Assembly (NCBI GenBank): GCA_010909165.1 | Contig: MU008187.1 | Coordinates: 686,247-750,246 of the forward strand | Direction: 5' to 3' | From: Anthoceros angustus | Taxonomy: Eukaryota > Plantae > Anthocerotophyta | Length of the DNA stretch: 64,000 nt | Shown here: in pieces, positions 12,960-24,172 of the stretch | Layout: each line of letters begins with the position of its first letter | Numbering within the stretch: the first letter of the stretch is position 1 | Program-made: the position numbers and the translations under genes | Notes under the pieces: generated by a model | Database searches by the model: none | What the model saw: the letters and a program-made list of their open reading frames with translations, nothing else | Told to the model about the DNA's origin: nothing

Positions 12960-14240
12960 GCAACTAACTTCAGCTGCGGGAAAAAGTTACAACACATCAG
13001 GCCCACAATATTGCTTTAGCTGTCACATGATAATGGCATCTTTTCTGCTTCATCTGACTGGCCAGATAAGAAAATCAATCATGCAAATGCAATGCTCAAT
13101 AGTAGGTTTGATGCCATGCCATTCAGCCATGGAATCAAAGAGCTTGCGACCCTCATGGACTAGTCTCTCATGAGTGCATGCTACTAGAAGGCAAGCAAAA
13201 GTAGCACCATCAGGTTGAATACCGGCAATAACATCTCCTCAGAACCAGCTAGTGCCTTGTGACCAAGTTCATCAGAAGTACCAGACCCAGATATCAGGGT
13301 GGTGAATGTAACCACATCCTTTGTGTCGATGCTGTCAAAAACCTGGCGTGCATCTTCCAGTTCACCATATTTTGCATACATGTCCACCAGGCAGTTGCCC
13401 AAAACTATGTCATCCAAGAGTCCTCTTTCGACAATCTGTGAGTGCAGCTGCCTGCCCTTCTGTAGGGCACCAGTGCTTCCACAAGCCTTCAGAAGGCAAG
13501 CAAAAGTAACATGGTTCGCCGAAATCAGGCCCTCCTCCTCCATTAATGAATCCAGGTTAAGCAACTCTTTGCAAAGTGCTTGCTCCGCATACCCTGCTAT
13601 CAGGGCAGTCCATGTCACCACATCCTTTGTGTTCATGCTGTCAAAAACCCGGCGTGCATCTTCCAGTTGACCAAATTTTGCATACATGTCTACTGAGCGC
13701 ACCAATACGTTATCCAAGCCCCTCATTCGACAATTAGTGAGTGCACCGCCCGCTGCACCGAGCACACGCCAGACAAGGTAAAAGTAACATCGTTAGCCAA
13801 AAGCAGGCCCTCCTGCTCCATTTTTTCCATACACAACAAACACCACATGTCCGAGGCCTTGCTGGGCATACCCAGCTATCAGGGCATTCCATGTCACCAC
13901 ATTCCTTGTGGGCATGCTGTCACCACATTCTTTGAGACCAAATTCTGTGTGTGCATCTTAGAGTTCACCACATTTTACATACATGTCCACCAGGCAGGCC
14001 AACAAACAAGTTAGGAGGATTGACACTGTGCAACACATCACAGAGCACTTTTCTGCCAGATTCCAAGTCTGCGGCAGATGCACAAGCTTGAAGGGTAGCT
14101 ACAAAGACGTAACTGTCCGTTTTCACTTCTGAGCTACCCGTCTCATGATACAGTTGTATGGCCTCCTTAGGCTTCCCATGCTTAGCATATGCAGAGATCA
14201 TGGAAGACAACATGAGGGCATTTGGTTTTCCCACCGACCC
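12960..14240 (-). pseudogene. Degenerate PLS-PPR fragment (PPR repeats plus E-domain start, no DYW)
   Basis: [61 protein letters not shown]; multiple frameshifts and stops. Confidence 0.85.
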
Positions 14241-14478
14241 CACAGGATCTGAGCCAAATTCCAGGTGGGCCCCGACCCCTGATCGCCACGACCCAGCCAG
14301 ATCGAAAGCAAGTCCACACAAAGCAGACGCCGTGCGTGAAGTTCTCCCTATGCCGCTCGATTCTGCTTATATCTACTTCAATGAGAGGTGCCAGGATCAG
14401 TGTTAGCCATCTATGTTTATGCCTCAGTTTGGACAGGAATGAAGTTAAGCAAGCACATTCACTCCGAAAGCAATGTTC

Positions 14479-16505
14479 TCACAGTCTACCCTTGCAACTG
14501 CAACAACCTGCTGCGAATCGATGCACACGATACTCATCCCTAACAACAATGTCTCTCTGTTCAAGCTTTGACATGATCTCAGTAGAACTGCGGCAGTCAC
14601 TACACATGGGTAGATTCTTCTTTACCACCAGAGGCGTCCCACTTGGAGCGTTCAAGAGACCAAACGCCAGAGCTAGCTTCTCAGAATGACCACAAAGCAC
14701 ATCTTCCTTTTCCTTCTCAGACAGAGGTTTCAATACCAATTTTGTGTGAGGTACGTGGCCTCCACCTTGCTTCAGACGTGCTTTTGTGCTCTCTACCTTA
14801 AGTGCAAAATCCTTTCCTTTCTCCCACCAGAAATCTGTGTACCTCCTTATTCACCTCAATGATCGCCACTGCAGGTTTCTTGTTAGCTCCTGCTGCCCTT
14901 CATTGTGTCTCAATCCTGTCTACACCGCTCCACCTACCTGCATCTGCGTAGGCATTAGCCATGAGCACATAGGCAGACCCCATTTGAGGGTCCGCCATGA
15001 ACACCTCACAGCCCTCTCTATATCCCCGTGACTTTTGCAGGCATTCAACAAAGATATCAAGCCCACAAAATCACTTTGGACCCCACATGATAATAGCATT
15101 GTCTCTGCCTCAACTCGATGGCCAGCACGCCCAAGAAGATCAATCATGCAGGTGTAATGCTCAATAGCAGGTTTGATGCCATGTTGTTCAGCCATGGAAT
15201 CAAAGTGTTTGCGACCCTCATGGACTAGTCCCTCATGACTGCATGCTGCTATAAGGCAAGTAAAAGTAGGATCATTAGGCTGAACACCGGCAACTAACAT
15301 CTTCTCAAAGCAAGCTGGTGCCATGTGACCTTTATCACAAGCACCATACCCAGCAATCAGCGATGTCAATGTCACCACATCCTTTGTGGCCATGCTTTCA
15401 AAAACCTGGCGTGCATCTTCCAGTTCACCACATTTTGCATACATGTCCACCAGGCAGTTGCCCACCACTCATCATCCAGCAGTCCTCTTTCGACAATCTG
15501 TGAGTGCAGCTGCCTACGCTTCTGCAAGGCACAAGTGCTTCCACAGGCCTTCAGAAGGCAAGAAAAAGTAACAAGGTTAGCTAAAATGTCCCTTGCCTCC
15601 TCCATTTCTTCATACACAACAAGCGCCTCTTGGCCGAGTTCTTACTGTGCATACCCAGCAATCAATGCTGTCCATGTCACGTCATCCTTTGTGTTCATGC
15701 TGTCAAAAATCTGGCGTGCATCTTCCAGCTCACCACATTTTGCATACATGTCCACCAGGGAGTTGCCAACCAATAAGTTAGAAGGAATGCCACTGCGCAC
15801 CACATCACTGTGTACTTTTCTGCCAGATTCCAAGTCGGCAGCAAATGCACAAGCTTGAAGGGCAGCTACAAAGACATGATCATTCGCCTTCACTCTGACC
15901 TACCCATCTCATGGTATGCTATGGCCCCTCAGGTTTCCCGTGCTTAGCATGTGCAGAGATTATGGAAACCACAAGAAGACATCTGGTTTGCCCACCCTGG
16001 TGCACACACCCATGGACTCGCATATACCTATGTCATCATCATCCTTTGTGTTCATCTTGTCAAAAATCGCGTGCATCTTCCGACTCACCACATTGTGCAT
16101 ACATATTACCAAAGCAACAAACAAGTTAATAGGAATGCCACTCTGCACCACATCACAGTGCACTTTTCCGCCAGATTCCAAGTCGGCGGCCAATGCACAA
16201 GCTTGAAGAGCAGCTACAAAGACATGATCATTCGCCTTCACTCCTGACCTACCCATCTCATGGTATAGTTGTACTGCCTCATTAGGCTTCCCATGTTTAG
16301 CATGGGCAGAGATGATGGAAGACCACGTGAAAACATCTGGTTTGCCTACCCTGGTGAACACATCCATGGCTTTGTCTAGCCTTCCTCCAGATGCATATAT
16401 GCGCAAGATTTCCCCACGTAAGTAATCAACTCGTACCCGAGTTTGACACTGAGATCATAACTCGTCGCCCCACAACCAAAACCTTCTTAGCTGTACAAAG
16501 TTTTA
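14479..16505 (-). pseudogene. 5'-truncated, frameshifted PLS-PPR-E-DYW:KP gene ending GRL
   Basis: PLS repeats spread over several ORFs; C-terminus [13 protein letters not shown]...NLPMCSDCRSS...[15 protein letters not shown]; internal duplication of ~350 bp; 5' end lost at ~16505. Confidence 0.85.
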
Positions 16506-17717
16506 GCTCGACTGATGCGCCTGCTAATTCTGGGACAAGGTTGGGAAGTGGTGGGATGCACAACGGCCAAGGTCCAGAAGTGCACCTATGCAAGAAGACC
16601 ATGCTTCCATTACCCTACATTAGGAACAGAATGTCACAAAGAAAGTACTAGTTAGGTGTTCTAAGTTATAGGTTTAGGGAGGCTTCTATATTAGAATCGA
16701 TTCCTAGTCTGGGTTTCTCACTAGTCCTCTATCATCAATTAAGGACATTGTTATGTTCGTGGGGTGAGGTGTATTGTGGCAAATTAGGTGAGCTTAACTT
16801 TAATTAATGTTGTGTTGCTTGCATCCCCTGGCAATTTGAGATTAAAATTTGCTTTCCTAGTGCAAGGCTTAGAGTGATCGTTGTACAAGTGTTCTGAAGA
16901 GAGGAGTAGTTATAGGCTAAGTTCAAGAGATTCCTAGTACTGCATAGCTAATATGATAGTTGCAGAGTGCGTTATGAAACAGTGATCCTAAAATCATGGG
17001 AGAAACTCTTGTTTTGGTTAGAACTCGCGTGTCCATGAAGTACATGTTCGACTATTTCGTCATTGGTCCATTGGATGAATTTCAGGATGAATTTCTATAT
17101 GTTAAAGCAACTCTTAAATAATCAAGGGAAATGCAGACAAGCTATGAGAAAGGCATCAATATTAGGGTAGGAACTCTTATTTTTGTTCGAACTCGTGTCT
17201 TTGTCATATAAGGGTAGGAACTCTTGTTTTTGTAGGAACTCTTGTTTTTGTTGGAACTCGTGTCTACGTGAAGTGAAGCTGATGTTTGACAGTATGGATC
17301 CACTTGATATATTTTTAGAAGATTTTTCAAGTGTTATACATGAACATATCATAGTTGTTTTTAAATTAACAAAGAAAATGTTATTAGCCTATGCGAAAAA
17401 CAGGCCGCCTGTACATGTAACCAGTGATGATACAAATACATATACATATATAATATATGATATAGATACGATAGATAATACAAATACAGATAAGGCAGAT
17501 GATACGGATTCAAATATAATAGATTTAAATAGATACAGTGAATGAGTAGTATGCTTGTGATGAAATCTTAAAATTAATGGATTGATAATATGCTTGGTGA
17601 CGAAATCTTAAAAACTTGATGAATTGATTGACTTCATACGTTTCCTCGTATAGACACTTGCTAAAAAAGTTTCCCGTTACAAAGAGCGATTTGAAACGGG
17701 CTCACGGCTACTTATCA

Positions 17718-17785
17718 TACTAGTGCACGTTAAGGTTGCCCTTCATGATAAATTATATCCTCTATTTTATAAAAAAATAATTTAA
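17718..17785 (+). mobile_element. Solo CACTA-like TIR fragment related to the 29057-29396 MITE
   Basis: tactagtgcacgttaaggttgcccttcatgataaattat matches the TIRs at 29057 and 29396. Confidence 0.5.
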
Positions 17786-18298
17786 TTTGATGAACAAGGG
17801 AAGGAGCATGCATATGACAGAGATCCCATTGGCGGATGTATCCAGGCAGAATTGGCACAATCCAACCTAGGACAAGCCAATTTCAGAGCGAATCTGGAGT
17901 CAATTTGCAGTCTGCCATTTTTGGAGACCTGGTGTGCCTGAATCTGGTGAAAGGGAGGGCGCTGTGGTTTGTTGAACTCGAAGTCGGGATCCTCTTACAT
18001 GTAGAGCAGCATTGGTCGACGAGACCTGCACAAACTGGAATCTAGTCTGTGAAGAGCAAATCCAAACCAGAATTTTAGGCTTTTGGGCGCCTGGGGCGAC
18101 TGCGGATTGCCCTTATACAAGGATTTATGGCTGGATAAAGCATCCTTCTAATCTGCTTGAATCAAATCCAAGGATGGCTATGGAAAAGAGACGGGGAGTT
18201 CGTTTGGAATGTAAGGTTTGTAGGGTGCTGGCTGCTGTGGAGGCTGTGGATGAGCGGCCTAGTCTTGTCCATGCACCTCCGACAGCGGTCCCTGAACG

Positions 18299-18850
18299 AT
18301 GGCCATAGCAAAGGCTGAAGCTTCGTTTCTTCTCTTTGCACGTCATTAGCTTTCAGGCGGGACTCAACAATCTGGTGTGTTTACAGGGATTCTACGAAGA
18401 ACTCCTACTAACCTCATCTTAGGGAGTCGACTCCTGGCAAGCAAAGCTTCCAGGTGCAGCAGTGTAAGTCGCCCAGCACTTCCACTCCTGAGAAAGTGTG
18501 TGGGTAGGGACGGGCTTTCCAGCGATGGTCGTTGCCAGGAGCAGGAGAACCTGCGGCAACAATTTTTTCTGGACCGTACCAGGTGCTGGGTCAACAGACA
18601 GATAAGAATAGCTCCCGTTCTCCTGAATTCCGGCGAAAGGGGTCCGCCGAGGTGCTATGGGTAGACAACATGTTTAAAACAGCTTGGGTTGATGAGCAGC
18701 TCGTTTCCTTGAATATGAGATGGGTCACGGTGCCTCTCCTTCCAAGTCGAGCTCTTCAATAATCATGAACCTGGACGGCGTGCAGGTTCTGAAATGGGCT
18801 CCAGCAGTGTAAGGAGCCCAGCACTTCCACATCCGATGGGCCATGGTGCC
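18299..18850 (+). pseudogene. Orphan 5' module (leader, transit-like peptide, decayed PDF motif) of the GRP-type PPR family
   Basis: Shared leader ccctgaacgATG; [27 protein letters not shown]...FFLDRTRCWVNR/SRSPEFRRKGSAEVLWVDNMFKTAWVDEQL with frameshifts; no PPR body follows. Confidence 0.8.
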
Positions 18851-19056
18851 TCCCTAAAAGAACAAATTATCGCCCGGCCAAGTTCCTAAGCAGTGCATCG
18901 GCTAGCGCCTGTAACCTGCCTATCAAAACCCCTCATGTTGGACCTATCATAACCCCTCATGTTGGACAAGAATCCCAAGAAGGCGAAATTGTAGGGAGGA
19001 GTAGCCTTGCCAGCGCGCAAGACAAGAAGCCAAATGCCACCTATGATCCTCCAAGT

Positions 19057-19212
19057 GGAAGAGAGCGTCCATATGTGCCAGGTCTGAAAACATATGGACA
19101 GGTCTGAAAACTCCTCGACGGAGACCCATAAACACTTGGAAGAGAGCGTCCATATGTGCCAGGTCTGAAAACATATGGACAGGTCTGAAAACTCCTCGAC
19201 GGAGACCCATAA
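19057..19212. repeat. Two direct copies of a ~75-bp sequence (81-bp period) inside an unclassified insertion (~18855-19695)
   Basis: ggaagagagcgtccatatgtgccagg...gagacccataaa occurs twice. Confidence 0.85.
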
Positions 19213-19709
19213 AAGGAGTGGACACAAGGGATAAAGGTTGGCAAGTTGTCCACTTACATACCTCCATCTTTAGCTCGTCGAAAATGGCCGCCCTAGAGAC
19301 CGTGTTAGAAGTATTTAGTCGTACTAGAGACCTTGTTAGAAGTGGGTTCGGGAATCGTCGAGGGGCGCCCACCAGTTGATCAACGAGCTAAGGTACGTTC
19401 TAGAGTCGTCGGGCTGCAGGTCGTGAGAGAATAGCATAGGGGTTCGACGAGGGCCTGGTCCAGGCAAAATTTCATCGCGATTCAAAAAGAAACAAGTGCG
19501 ATTCGGAAGGCCAAGGTCGGGCCAAGAATCTCTCCCGCTATCTATATCCCGTAATACACTCAAATGTACCTCATGATGTCTCCCAACGGTAGATTATCGA
19601 AATCGCTTATGCTAGGTAAAGCCCATGGACGTTTTTAGACTTTAGCTTCTACCTAGGCAATCTGTCAGAGTCTTCAGTTAGACCATCTTCCCAGGGCAGC
19701 CCCTGAACG

Positions 19710-22394
19710 ATGAACACACCATGGCAACCGGACCCGTTCTGGACCCAACAAGTTGATGTGTGTACAGGGATTCTACGAGGAGCCCCCGCTCACCTCATCT
19801 TAGGGAGCCAACCCCTGGCAAGTAAAGCCTCCAGGTGCAGCAGTGTGAGGAGTCCAGTACTTCGACTTCCGAGAAAATGTTTGGGTGGGGACGGGTTTGA
19901 TGATCGTGGCCAGGAGCAGGAGCGTTTGTGGCAAGAATTTTTTCTGGACCCTACCATGTGGTGGGATAACAGACGAAATAAGAAGAGCTCCCGTTCCCCT
20001 GACTTCCGGCGTAAGGGGTCCGGCGAGGTGCTGTGGTTAAACGGCATTTTCAAGCCAGCTTGGGTTGATGAGCAGCTCGTTTCCTTGGATATGCAGATGG
20101 GTCATGGTGCCTTTCCTTCCGACTCCAGCTCTCCGGATAAGCCTGAACTTAGCAGGCGTGCAGGATCGGAAGTGTGCGTCGTCACGGCTGTAACCGTGAG
20201 CACGTTATGTCAGCAGGGAAAGCTTTTTGAGGCCGTTGGAGCCCTGGAATCTCTGGCGCAGACAGACTCTGCTGTTTCGCAGTCTCTGTTTTGCAATGTG
20301 CTGAAACTGTGTACAGCGAAGAAGGATTTGGTTGCGGGGCGACGAGTTCATGATCTCACCGTCAAGCTTGGGTACGAGTCGAATGCATACTTGGGGAACC
20401 ATATCTTGCGCATGTATGCATGTGGAGGTAGGCTAGAGGAGGCCATGGATGTGTTCACCAGAGTGGGGAAACCAGATGTTATCACGTGGGGTTCCATCAT
20501 CTTTGCATATGCTCAGCATGGGAAACCTAATGAGGCCATACAACTGTACCATGAGATGCGTAGGTCAGGAGTGAAGGCGAATGGTCACGTCTTTGTAGCT
20601 GCCCTTCAAGCTTGTGCATTTGCTGCCGACTTGGAATCTGGCAGAAAAGTGCACTGTGATGTGTTGCACAGTGGCATTCCTACTAACTTGTTTGTTGGCA
20701 ACTGCCTGGTGGACATGTATGCAAAATGTGGCGAACTGAAAGATGCACGCCAGGTTTTTGACAGCATGGCCACAAAGGATGTGGTGACATGGAATGCCCT
20801 GATTGCTGGGTATGTAAAATGTGGTGAACTGGAAGATGCACGCCAGGCTTTTGACAACCTGGCCACCAAGAATGTGGTGACATGGACCGCCTTGATTGCT
20901 GGGTATGCACAGCAAGGACTTGGACATGAGGCACTTGTTTTGTATGGAGAAATGGAGGAGGCGGGCCTCATTTTGGCTAACCATTTCACTTTTGCTTGCC
21001 TCCTGAAGGCCTGTGGAAGCACCGGTGCCTTACAGAAGGGAAGGCAGCTGCACTCACGGATTGTTGAAAGAGGACTGCTGGATGACGTAGTTGTGGGCAC
21101 TTGCTTGGTGGACATGTATGCAAAATGTGGTGAACTGGAAGATGCACGCCAGGTTTTTGACAGCATGAACACAAAGAATGTGGTGACATGGACGACGCTA
21201 ATTGCTGGGTATGCACAGCAAGGACTCGGCCAAGACGCGCTTGCTGTGTATGATCAAATGGAGCAGGAAGGCCCCAATTTGGCTAACCATGTTACTTTTG
21301 CTTGCCTTCTGAAGGCCTGTGCAAGCACTGGTGCCTTACAGAAGGGCAGGCAGCTGCACTCACAGATTGTGGAAAGAGGACTGCTGGATGACGTAGTGTG
21401 GGCACCTGCCTGGTGGACATGTATGCAAAATGTGGTGAACTGGAAGATGCACGCCAGGTTTTTGACAGCATGGCCACAAAGGATGTGGTGACATGGACCG
21501 CCTGATATCTGGGTATGGTACTTGTGATGAAGGTCACAAGGCACTAGCTTGTTTTGAGGAGATGTTAGTTGCCGGTATTCAGCCTAATGATGCTACTTTT
21601 ACTTGCCTTCTAGTAGCATGCAGTCATGAGGACTGGTCCATGAGGGTCGCAAGCACTTTGATTCCATGGCTGAACAGCATGGCATCAAACCTACTATTGA
21701 GCATTACACCTGCATGATTGATCTTCTTGGGCGTGCAGGCCATTTAGATGAGGCAGAGAAGATGCTATTATCATGTGAGGGCCAAAGTAATGTTGTGGGC
21801 TTGATGTCTTTGTTGAATGCCTGCAAAAGTCACGGGGATTTAGAGAGGGCGGTGTGGTGTTTTGAAAGCATTGTTAGGCTGGACCCTGAATGCACGTCTG
21901 CGCATGTGCTCATGGCCAATGCTTATGCAGACGCTGGTAGGTGGAGTGATGTAGACAGGATTGAAACACAGAGAATTGTAGCAGGAACTAAGAAACCTGC
22001 AGTGGCTACCATTGAGGTGAATAAGGAGGTACATAGATTTGTGGTGGGAGAAAGAAAAGAGGATATTGCACTTAAGGTGGAGAGCATGAATGCACGTCTG
22101 AAGCGGGAAGGAGGCCACGTACCTCAGACAAAGTTGGTGTTGAAGCCTCTGTCTGAGAAGGGAAAGGAAGATGCGCTCTGTGGGCATGCTGAGAAGCTAG
22201 CTCTAGCGTTTGGTCTGTTGAACACTCCGAGTGGGACACCGCTGGTGGTAACGAAGAATCTACGCATGTGCAGTGACTGCCACAGTTCCACGGAGATCAT
22301 GTCAAGGCTCGAAGAGAGAGACATTGTTGTAAGGGATGGGTACCGTGTGCATCGATTCACAGCTGGTTGTTGCAGTTGTAAGGGTCGACCATGA
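19710..22394 (+). CDS. PDF-motif + PLS-PPR-E1-E2-DYW:KP (GRP-type) organellar RNA-editing factor candidate; apparent small frameshifts near 21398, 21500, 21630
   Basis: N-terminal [47 protein letters not shown]; P-L-S repeats; [10 protein letters not shown] box; GHAEKLA...CSDCH...CCSCKGRP*; intronless. Confidence 0.88.
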
Positions 22395-22699
22395 GAAAAA
22401 TGAAGTACCCAGTGGTCCACTAGTTTTCGCAGAAGAACATTGCTTTTGGGGTGAATGTGCTTGCGTAATGCTATCCCTGTCCAAACTGAGACATGGACAT
22501 GGATGGCTAAGACTGATCCTGGCTCATCATAACAGAAAGAATCTGAATGGAGCACCACGGGGGGATGGCGCCTCGCGTGGACTCGCTTGCAGTCCGGCTG
22601 GGTGATGGAGATAATGGATCGGGGGTGCAGGCCTGGAATTTGGCTCAGATCCGGTCGGGTTGTGCTTGCCAGATTGAGGTTGTGTCGAGATGAGAGAAA

Positions 22700-23640
22700 A
22701 CTTTTTGTGTTGCACAGTGGCATTCATCCGGACTTGTTTGTTAGCAACTGCCTGGTGGACATGTATGCATAATGTGGCGAACTGAAATATGTATGCCAGG
22801 TTTTTCACAGCATGGCCACAAAGGACGTGGTGACATGGAATGCCCTGATATCTGGGCATGCATAGGAAGGACTCAGCCAGGAGGTGCTTGTTCTGTATGG
22901 ACAAATGGAGCTAGAGGGTCTCATTTCAGTCGACCATGTTACTTTTGCTTGCCTTCTGAAGGCCTGTGGAAGCACTGGTGCCCTACAGAAGGGCAGGCAG
23001 CTGCCCTCACAGATTGCAAAAGAGGACTGCTGGATGACGTACTGGTGGGCACCTGTCTGGTGGAAATGTATGCAAAATGTGGTGAACTGAAAGATGCCTG
23101 CTGGGTTTGGGACATCCTGGTCACAAAGACACTGGTATTCTGGACTTTGCTGATTGCTTGGTATGCCCAACAAGGGCTTGGAGGCGCTTGGTGTGTATGG
23201 AGAAATAGAGTAGGGCCTGATTGTAACTTACCATGTTACGTTTTGCTACCTTCAGAAGTCCTGTGGAAGCACTGGTCCCTTACAGAATGGCAGGCAGCTG
23301 CACTCATTTTTCGAAAGAGCACTGGTGTATGGGGTTGTATTCCCACTGCCTTGTGGAAATGCATGCAAAATGTGGTGAGCTGGAGAATGCACGCCAGGAA
23401 TTTGACATCTTGGCCTCAGAGAATGTCGTGACACAGAATGCCCTAATTGGTGGGTATCCATAACAAGGATTTGGCGGAAAGATGCTTGTTGTGTATGGAC
23501 AAATGGAGTAGTAGGGCCCCGTGGCTGACGGTGTTGCATCTGCTTGGCTTCTTAAGGTCTGTTGCAAGCACTGGTGCCTTGCAGAAGGGCGGGCAGCTGC
23601 ACTCACAGATTGTTGAAAGAGGACTGCTGGTTGTCGGAAC
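22700..23640 (+). pseudogene. Degenerate PLS-PPR fragment
   Basis: [48 protein letters not shown] with stops and frameshifts. Confidence 0.85.
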
Positions 23641-24172
23641 ACGACGTTAGGTTTCAAGGTTCGGTGCGAGTTTCCAGCGGCAGCCAAGGAGTCACGAGTC
23701 AGGAATTTCCAAGACACACTGATTGGATTGTCATGCTGGGCCGAGCTGATGGCGCAGTTCCGAGAGGGGTTACTAGTACCAAGTGTGAGAAATCATAGCG
23801 TGCTGCCAGGCAGTGTAAGCTAATGGATTTTGAGCAAGTTTGCATGGCCAGCAGCAAGATTATAGCTTGATGATGACGGTTGGAAAATAAGGGTTTTGGA
23901 AGTTTTTGGGAAAAGTAATATGGAGCCATGGAAATTATTTGATCACTATTCCTGAAGATCATACTTATGTGATGTTGGAGCTAATGTAACAGAGGTAGCA
24001 AATTAGCTAATCTGACAGAGGTAGCAAACCAGCTAATGTAACAGAGGTAGCAAATCAGGCCGCATAAGGTAAGGGTAATCGGGTAGTGATCATGAAGGAT
24101 CTTCATTTTTCACTTTTTGAGTGAAAAGTTAAGTTTTTCAAAGGAGAAAGCGCACGTCCCATACAAAAGGGA

